Source: Pirellula staleyi DSM 6068
Lineage (GTDB): Bacteria > Planctomycetota > Planctomycetia > Pirellulales > Pirellulaceae
Length of the DNA: 32,000 nucleotides
Direction: 5' to 3'
Assembly: GCA_000025185.1 (NCBI GenBank)
Contig: CP001848.1
Span: 2,010,001-2,042,000, forward strand
Part shown: one piece after another, positions 25,924 through 32,000 of the stretch
Numbering within the stretch: position 1 is the stretch's first letter
How the letters are laid out: each line of letters opens with the position of its first letter
The notes under the pieces: model-generated
Seen by the model: the letters and a program-made list of their open reading frames with translations, nothing else
Told to the model about the DNA's origin: nothing
Database searches by the model: none
Translations under genes and position numbers: made by a program

Positions 25924-26331
25924 TGCAAACTCCGGCGAAAAGTAGTCACTAAATCGGGTCCTAGGGAGGGCCTCTTCAGGATTGCTTTACGACTCGGCGG
26001 CGGGTGACCTGTGCATGTCGAGACTGGTGCGATGGGTTCACAACCTACTCAACAACAAGCGAGTGCAGACAAGCTTTCGGGAGTGACGACGGCAGGCGAG
26101 TGCGATTGTCAGGTTCCAGACGAATCGCCAATCGCGATGATTGCGTACGTCACATTCCTGGTGAGCAGGCGGCTAGTTGCCGGCTCGAAGCCCTTGGTGC
26201 TTTATTTCTTTGCACGTAAGGCTAAGTTACCGCCGCAGTTTCGTCAACCAAAACCGGGTAATAGTGAGCTACAGCCGCAGGAATGATCGAAGTTACTTCG
26301 AATCGCTCCAAAAAAATCGGGAAATCGCAGA

Positions 26332-26359
26332 TTGACGTGAGCGTGCCAGTCCTTAGAAT
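26332..26359 (+). promoter_or_regulatory. Sigma70-like promoter facing the 26412 ORF
   Basis: TTGACG (26332-26337), a 16-nt spacer, then TAGAAT (26354-26359). Confidence 0.35.
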
Positions 26360-26411
26360 GAAGGACGTGAGATGAGACCGCGTCTCAATATCAGTTGCCC
26401 CGCAGCGGTCG

Positions 26412-26804
26412 ATGACAGTTTTGTGTGAAGCTTCGGATACCCCGCGACTGATCCCGCCTTACGAAATCCCTCCCATGACTGATGCTGTGACGCTTGGTTC
26501 GGAAGTGGTGCTCGCCACGCTTCCTGCTGCTGATGCTGCAGGTCGGATGCTCGTTGTGCTGGTGCAAACTGGCGACGGAAGTAGCTGCGTGCAGCTGCGT
26601 CAGCAATCGTGGGCTGGCGATGTGCTGGGCTGGTTCACCCAAAGCTCAGTAACGCTCGAACCTCAGCAAGTAGCGGCACTTCGGAATTCTCTCGGAAGCA
26701 CCGCAGGTGGTCACGATCGCCCAGCGACGAAGCTTCCTAAGAAGTTCAGCCGACTTGAGCCAAGCAACTGGCAGCCACGCATCGTGTGCGCTGAAGGGGC
26801 GTAA
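26412..26804 (+). CDS. Hypothetical protein
   Basis: 130-aa ATG ORF (alternative ATG at 26475, MTDAVTLGSEV...) downstream of a promoter-like site. Composition is plausible. No SD and no recognised domain. Confidence 0.4.
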   Translation: MTVLCEASDTPRLIPPYEIPPMTDAVTLGSEVVLATLPAADAAGRMLVVLVQTGDGSSCVQLRQQSWAGDVLGWFTQSSVTLEPQQVAALRNSLGSTAGGHDRPATKLPKKFSRLEPSNWQPRIVCAEGA

Positions 26805-26882
26805 TCGAGCGAAATCGCCAGAAGGGATGCACTCGACTGCGACCCCTCAGCTCTCCAATCTCGACCTAGTACCCTGCTCCGC

Positions 26883-29747
26883 TTATCCCTTCACCACGAA
26901 GTTGATGAGCTTGCCAGGGACCACGATCGTTTTGACGATCTCTTTGCCGGTCAATAGCTCGATGATACGTGGGTCGGCTTTCGCGGCGGCGATCAGGGTC
27001 TCTTGATCGCTGCCAGCAGCAACCACCACCTTGCTCCGCAGTTTCCCGAGGATCTGCACAGGAATCTCGACTTCGGCATCGCGGGTCAAAGCGTCGTCGA
27101 ACTTCGGCCACGGCTCATAAGCGAGTGAGTGCTTATTGCCCAGCATGTGCCAGAGTTCCTCGGCAATGTGGGGCGCGAGAGGCGAGAGGAGCAGCACGAA
27201 CTTCTCCATCACACTTCTGGGGCGCACCTTCTCCTTGGTGAAGAAGTTGGTGAACTCCATCATCCGCGCAATCGAGGTGTTGAACTGCATGTGCTCGAGG
27301 TCGTAAGTCACTTGCTTGATCGTTTTGTGGAGCAAGCGGAGTTGTTCTTGCGTCGGCTCGACATCTTGTACCGCTTCGAGCAGTTGCATTTCGTCGACAC
27401 GATCGTCGATCATCAACCGCCAGACACGATCGAGGAACGAGCGCACGCCACTCACCCCCGCCATGCTCCAAGGCTTCGTCGCTTCGAGCGGGCCCATGAA
27501 CATTTCGTAGAGTCGCAGCGAATCGGCACCGTACTCTGCAATCACCGTGCTGGGATTGATGACGTTGCCGCGGCTCTTGCTCATTTTGAACGCGCGGCTT
27601 TCGACTCGCACGCTGGGATGATCGACCAGCACGGTGTGCTCGCCTTGCTTCATCACTTGCGAAGTTTCGACTCGCACGGCGCTCACAGCTTCGCCGGTTG
27701 ATTTGGTGACAAACGTGCCATCTTCGAGCTCGCGAACATCAGCTGACGAGATGTAGGTGCCGCCGGCTGTCTGATAGCTGGTGAGCTCGACTTCCCCCAG
27801 GATCATCCCTTGGTTTACAAGCTTCTGGAACGGCTCTTTGGTGCTGACATAGCCTCGATCGAACAGCACTTTGTGCCAGAAGCGCGAGTACAAGAGATGC
27901 AGCACCGCGTGTTCAGCGCCGCCGACGTAGAGGTCGATCGGCATCCATGCTTTTTCTTTTTCGCGATCGACAAACACCTGATCGTTCTTGGGATCGATGA
28001 AGCGCAGGTAGTACCAGCAGCTTCCGGCCCATTGCGGCATGGTGTTGGTTTCGCGGCGGTAGCGCTTGCCGTCGATCGTGGGATAAAGCCACTCGTCGGG
28101 CGCTTTGGCCAGCGGTGGCTCGGGACGACCGTGTGGCTTGTAGTCTTCGAGGTAAGGGAGATCGACCGGGAGATCGGCTGGGTCGACGGCGCGAATCATG
28201 CCGGTTGGATTCAGGTTCTCGTCGAGTTCGTGCAGGATCGGGAAGGGTTCGCCCCAAAAACGCTGGCGGCTGAAGAGCCAATCGCGCAGTTTGTAGTTCA
28301 CCGCTTCGCGCCCCAGACCATCGGTGGCGAGATCGGCGGTAATCTTGGCTTTGAATTCCAGGGTCGTCAGGCCGTTGTACTTGTCCGACGAGTTGATCGC
28401 GCGGCCATACTCGGTGTAGCACGCTTCACCGGAGATCTGTTTTTGATAGTGCGCGAGTTCTTTCTCGCTAGCGCTAGCTGCAGGAGCTTCCGGCGCAACG
28501 ACCGCAGTGATCGGTATGCCATATTGTTTGGCGAACTCATAGTCGCGATCGTCGTGCGCTGGGACAGCCATGATCGCACCAGTGCCGTAGCCCCACAGCA
28601 CGTAGTCGGCAATCCAGATCGGTACAGGCTGTCCGCTCACGGGATTCAGGGCATAACTGCCTGAAAAAACACCAGTTTTTGCCTTCGCGACATCTTGGCG
28701 ATCGCGATCGCTTTTGCTGGCGGCCTTCGCGCAGTAGTCGGCAACGGCTGATTTCTGCTCCGCTGTGGTGAGCGTGGCCACGAACGGATGTTCGGGGGCG
28801 ATCACCATGTAGGTGACACCGAACAAAGTGTCAGGACGTGTGGTGTAGATCCGCAGCACATCGTCGGCCGGTTTACGCGCAAACGGCTGACCAGCGCGCG
28901 ACTTCTTCCAGGCGTCAAACTTTGTTTTTGGGCCGATATAGAAATCGACTTCAGCCCCGACGCTCTTGCCGATCCAGTCGCGCTGGAGCTTCTTAATCCC
29001 CTCGGACCAGTCGAGCCCTTCGAGATCGGACTCGAGCCGCTCGGCATACGACGTGATGCGCAGCATCCATTGACGCAGCGGAATGCGTTGAACTGGATGC
29101 CCACCCCGTTCGCTCTTGCCGTCGATCACTTCTTCGTTGGCCAGCACCGTTCCGAGACCGGGACACCAGTTCACCAGAGCGTCGGACTGAAACGCGAGAC
29201 GATGTTCGTCTTGATACTTGCGAATCGCCTCTTCGCCTTGCCCACTGATATCGCCCGGGATGGGCAGTTCGCTAATCGGACGACCACGCTGCTGGTCGGC
29301 ATCGAACCAGGTATCGAACAGCACCAGAAAAATCCACTGCGTCCAGCGGAAGTACTCGACATCGGTGGTTGCCAGCACGCGGCTCCAGTCGTAGCTGAAA
29401 CCGAGCTCCTTCAGCTGACGCGTGAACTCCGCAATGTTCTGCTCGGTATTGATGCGCGGCGGCGTGTTGGTCTTGATCGCATGTTCTTCAGCCGGAAGGC
29501 CAAACGCATCGAACCCCATCGGGTGCAGCACACTTTTGCCACACATGCGAGCGTAGCGACAGACAATATCCGTGGCGGTGTAGCCTTCGGGATGTCCCAC
29601 GTGCAGACCAGCGCCGCTTGGATAGGGAAACATGTCGAGGACGTACAACTTCTCCGACGTTGGCATCTCGGGGGACTTAAAAGTCTGCGAGGCTTCCCAA
29701 AAGGCTTGCCACTTCGGTTCGATTGCAGCGGGGGTATAGCGAGGCAT
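26883..29747 (-). CDS. leuS: Leucine--tRNA ligase
   Basis: 954 aa. HIGH-type motif ([10 protein letters not shown]), KMSKS (FKMSKSRGN), [16 protein letters not shown] and the CP1 editing-region pattern. Confidence 0.97.
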   Translation of the reverse strand: MPRYTPAAIEPKWQAFWEASQTFKSPEMPTSEKLYVLDMFPYPSGAGLHVGHPEGYTATDIVCRYARMCGKSVLHPMGFDAFGLPAEEHAIKTNTPPRINTEQNIAEFTRQLKELGFSYDWSRVLATTDVEYFRWTQWIFLVLFDTWFDADQQRGRPISELPIPGDISGQGEEAIRKYQDEHRLAFQSDALVNWCPGLGTVLANEEVIDGKSERGGHPVQRIPLRQWMLRITSYAERLESDLEGLDWSEGIKKLQRDWIGKSVGAEVDFYIGPKTKFDAWKKSRAGQPFARKPADDVLRIYTTRPDTLFGVTYMVIAPEHPFVATLTTAEQKSAVADYCAKAASKSDRDRQDVAKAKTGVFSGSYALNPVSGQPVPIWIADYVLWGYGTGAIMAVPAHDDRDYEFAKQYGIPITAVVAPEAPAASASEKELAHYQKQISGEACYTEYGRAINSSDKYNGLTTLEFKAKITADLATDGLGREAVNYKLRDWLFSRQRFWGEPFPILHELDENLNPTGMIRAVDPADLPVDLPYLEDYKPHGRPEPPLAKAPDEWLYPTIDGKRYRRETNTMPQWAGSCWYYLRFIDPKNDQVFVDREKEKAWMPIDLYVGGAEHAVLHLLYSRFWHKVLFDRGYVSTKEPFQKLVNQGMILGEVELTSYQTAGGTYISSADVRELEDGTFVTKSTGEAVSAVRVETSQVMKQGEHTVLVDHPSVRVESRAFKMSKSRGNVINPSTVIAEYGADSLRLYEMFMGPLEATKPWSMAGVSGVRSFLDRVWRLMIDDRVDEMQLLEAVQDVEPTQEQLRLLHKTIKQVTYDLEHMQFNTSIARMMEFTNFFTKEKVRPRSVMEKFVLLLSPLAPHIAEELWHMLGNKHSLAYEPWPKFDDALTRDAEVEIPVQILGKLRSKVVVAAGSDQETLIAAAKADPRIIELLTGKEIVKTIVVPGKLINFVVKG

Positions 29748-30182
29748 GGGTCACGTGCGAAAACTAGGTCAAAAGGTCAAAATCAGTAGGTAGTCTGGCG
29801 GCTTGTCGATTCATCTCAGACGGCGATAGCCCGCCCGCTGAGGTCCCTGACATCGCGGCCGAGAAATCGTCCCGTGGAAGAAGTACATCGTAGCTGCCAA
29901 TCGCCCGCAGCGCATGGGGTGGCGAACTTCAGGACGGGAGCTTACGTACGAAAGTTCACCGGTTCATGAAAATGTCGAGCATTCTCGGCACAATCATTAC
30001 GGCTAGGGAGTGCTACTGCCTGGGGGTAGCGTGCTGGCACCATTGCCCGATTTGACTGAACTCCGCACAGGTCCTGCAACTTACGGAAAACTGTCGCGGA
30101 CGGAAAGGCGTCGAGACAACCATTCACACCCCATTTCAGTCGAGATCAGCCGCATCGCAACCTAGGCTCAGCGACAAAACAG

Positions 30183-30191
30183 TGTTAAAAT
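30183..30191 (+). promoter_or_regulatory. Extended -10 promoter-like element upstream of map
   Basis: TGtTAAAAT (TG at 30183-30184, TAAAAT at 30186-30191), about 115 nt upstream of the map ATG. No good -35. Confidence 0.3.
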
Positions 30192-30304
30192 TTGGAGTGC
30201 CCGCGAGGCTGTCCCTATCAATCTGATTGAGCAGTGTCGCGTGGTTATTGGTCGCATGGATGCTCGGTACTCGGTGGTTCGACGGAAAGATTGCGGGGGA
30301 TGTG

Positions 30305-31132
30305 ATGCTTTATAAACGACAGCGGCTCGAACTGAAGGAAACCGAACGCGAATCGATGCGCGCTGCTGGCCGCTTTAATGGCCGCGTGATGGATCTTGTG
30401 CGCGAAAACATTCGCCCCGGCATCACCACTGGCGAGATCGATCGGCTGGTCGAAACCTTCACCCGCGATCATGGCCACGTTCCCGCGACGCTCGGCTATC
30501 CCGGCCAGATGTACCCCTACCCCAAAAGTTGCTGCACCAGCGTGAACGACGTGATTTGTCACGGCATTCCTGGCGACTACGAACTGCGCGAGGGCGACAT
30601 TGTGAACGTCGACCTCACCAGCATCGTCGCCGGTTGGCACGGCGATTCGTCTGAAACGTTTTTGATTGGCGAAGTGTCGGACATTTCGCGCCGCGTTTCG
30701 CAGTGTGCGTTCGACTGCATGTGGCTTGCCATCGACGCCCTCACCCCTAACTGCCGCATCTCGGAAATCGGCGATGCGATTGTTCGGCACGCCCGCAAGT
30801 GCGGTTTTAGCGTGGTGCAAGAGTACGTTGGTCACGGACTCGGTAAGAAGTTCCATCAGCCACCCACGATTCCTCACGATCCAACCCCCGAGAGCCGACG
30901 TCAACGACTACAACCCGGCCTCTGCTTCACGATCGAGCCGATGATCAACAGCGGCGCGAAAGAAACTTTTCTCAGCAGCCGCGATGGCTGGACGGTTCGA
31001 ACCAAAGATGGAGGGCTGAGCGCCCAGTTCGAGCACACGATTCTGATGACCGAAGAAGGTCCCGAAGTCCTTACGCTCACCAAGCATGGTCCCCAGCGTG
31101 GCGATCAGCTGAAACTCTCGACGGGCAATTAG
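30305..31132 (+). CDS. map: Type I methionine aminopeptidase
   Basis: VICHGIPGDYELREGDIVNVD, GWHGDSSETF, YVGHGLGKKFH, FTIEPMIN and AQFEHTILMTE supply the metal ligands. ATG 30305 (MLYKRQRLELK...) is preferred over the TTG at 30227. Confidence 0.93.
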   Translation: MLYKRQRLELKETERESMRAAGRFNGRVMDLVRENIRPGITTGEIDRLVETFTRDHGHVPATLGYPGQMYPYPKSCCTSVNDVICHGIPGDYELREGDIVNVDLTSIVAGWHGDSSETFLIGEVSDISRRVSQCAFDCMWLAIDALTPNCRISEIGDAIVRHARKCGFSVVQEYVGHGLGKKFHQPPTIPHDPTPESRRQRLQPGLCFTIEPMINSGAKETFLSSRDGWTVRTKDGGLSAQFEHTILMTEEGPEVLTLTKHGPQRGDQLKLSTGN

Positions 31133-31168
31133 CGCCGCGAATCAACCTCATCCTCGAAGGAGCCGCAC

Positions 31169-32000
31169 GTGAAAATCATCTGCATTCATTGCGGCGGCTC
31201 CCTGACGATTGCAGCCGAGCAACTGGGCACCAAGGGGCGATGTCCACACTGCAAGCAGTCGATCACGCTCCCCAAGGCCGATGCTGCCAAATCGACGAGC
31301 GAAACGGATCGCCCGCGCGGAAGTGTCACCAGCGTGCTCGATAGCAGCCTCTCAGGGCTCGCGTCGCTCGTCATTCACCTCGTGATCATGCTGGTCATTG
31401 CGCTCACGCACAACGCCACCGAAGGAAGCGGCGAAGGACTTACCAATGATGTCCTGATCGGCATTCTTCCGAGCGAACAGCTCAGCGACACCATGGAAGA
31501 GCAGATCACCACCGACGCGGTGCAAAAAGATCAGTCGAGCGACGTGCTGAGCGAAACCTTGCAGGTCGAATCTCCAGCCGCGAGTTCCGCCGGTGAAGGA
31601 ATGCTTTCGCTCTCCGATCTTTCCCCAAGCGCGACCGACGGTGGGTCGATGGACCTCGGCACAGTGCAACTCGGTGGTGGGTCGATGGCTGGTGGCAGCT
31701 GGGATGGCATGCTGCAAAATCTCCGTCGAAACGGGCTCGATATCGTGATTTGTTTCGATAGCACCGGCAGTATGTCGGGCGAGATCACGCAAGTGAAACG
31801 CCAGATCGAACAGATCGGAACTACCTTAGTGACGCTTGTTCCCAAAGCGCGAATCAGCATCTGCACCTATCGCGACGAGGGTGATGAGTACGTCGTCAAA
31901 GGGTGCCCACTCACCGGAAGTATTCAGGAAGTTTCGGGCTACCTCGGAAATATCTCGGCAGGTGGTGGTGGCGATCTTCCGGAAGCTGTCGAAGAAGGTT
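31169..32000 (+). CDS. Zinc-ribbon / TM / von Willebrand factor A (VWA) domain protein; the 3' end lies outside the window
   Basis: This ORF is absent from the track because it has no stop in the window. GAAGGAG (31156-31162) precedes GTG 31169. Product VKIICIHCGGSLTIAAEQLGTKGRCPHCKQ (CxxC...CxxC), TM segment LASLVIHLVIMLVIAL, then MIDAS-like DIVICFDSTGSMSGE. Open through base 32000. Confidence 0.8.
   Translation, partial: MKIICIHCGGSLTIAAEQLGTKGRCPHCKQSITLPKADAAKSTSETDRPRGSVTSVLDSSLSGLASLVIHLVIMLVIALTHNATEGSGEGLTNDVLIGILPSEQLSDTMEEQITTDAVQKDQSSDVLSETLQVESPAASSAGEGMLSLSDLSPSATDGGSMDLGTVQLGGGSMAGGSWDGMLQNLRRNGLDIVICFDSTGSMSGEITQVKRQIEQIGTTLVTLVPKARISICTYRDEGDEYVVKGCPLTGSIQEVSGYLGNISAGGGGDLPEAVEEG

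Noticed and set aside
24493-26007. 286-aa and 216-aa plus-strand ORFs opposite the DEAD-box helicase
   Set aside because: They lie antisense to a gene carrying all the helicase motifs.
26011-26286. 91-aa plus-strand ORF with one hydrophobic stretch, upstream of the helicase gene
   Set aside because: It uses a GTG start without an RBS, shows a weak third-position GC bias, and lies where a helicase leader or promoter is expected. I kept it only as a note in the findings.
29700-29712. GGTTCGATTGC T-loop-like string; tRNA search across the whole window
   Set aside because: It lies inside leuS coding sequence with no acceptor or anticodon arms. No tRNA-like cloverleaf was seen in any intergenic region.
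27810-29789. 284-aa and 333-aa plus-strand ORFs opposite leuS
   Set aside because: They lie antisense to leuS and are artefacts.
30245-30904. 219-aa minus-strand ORF opposite map
   Set aside because: It lies antisense to map and is an artefact.
1-32000. Search for CRISPR arrays, long direct or inverted repeats, IS ends, integrase or transposase genes
   Set aside because: I found no regularly spaced repeats and no recombinase-like ORFs. The only repeats are the short promoter-region motifs reported above.

Overview
This window reads as ordinary chromosomal DNA from a moderately GC-rich member of the Planctomycetota (Pirellulales-like). The assignment rests on a DUF1549/DUF1553 plus Tat-signal DUF1501 gene pair, a WD40 partner, a zinc-ribbon/TM/VWA protein and a small lipoprotein ending in YPYYTTRGPRDFL. 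I support about 30 protein-coding genes. Housekeeping genes are tkt, leuS, map, a DEAD-box helicase, a thioredoxin-TPR protein and dps. There is a same-strand run of redox and electrophile-stress genes: MarR, pirin, DoxX, Dps, FMN reductase. Divergent from MarR sits a trio: a lone FwdB/FhcB-like protein, a secreted FAD-oxidoreductase-like protein, and a CoA-disulfide-reductase/rhodanese fusion. Further along, a PPP-type metallophosphoesterase lies divergent from a PilZ-TM protein. I found no rRNA, tRNA, CRISPR array, transposase, integrase or obvious defence or mobile module. The many long antisense ORFs in the track look like GC-driven artefacts. I did not find a clear-cut novel system. The best candidates for follow-up are the function-unknown DUF1549/1553-DUF1501-WD40-secreted protein cluster, the phosphoesterase and 2-TM ORF separated by one in-frame TAA next to a PilZ gene, and the MarR island with a recurring AAATAG(G)TGTCAA motif beside an orphan FwdB/FhcB homologue. 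All family calls come from motifs read by eye and need HMM or BLAST confirmation.
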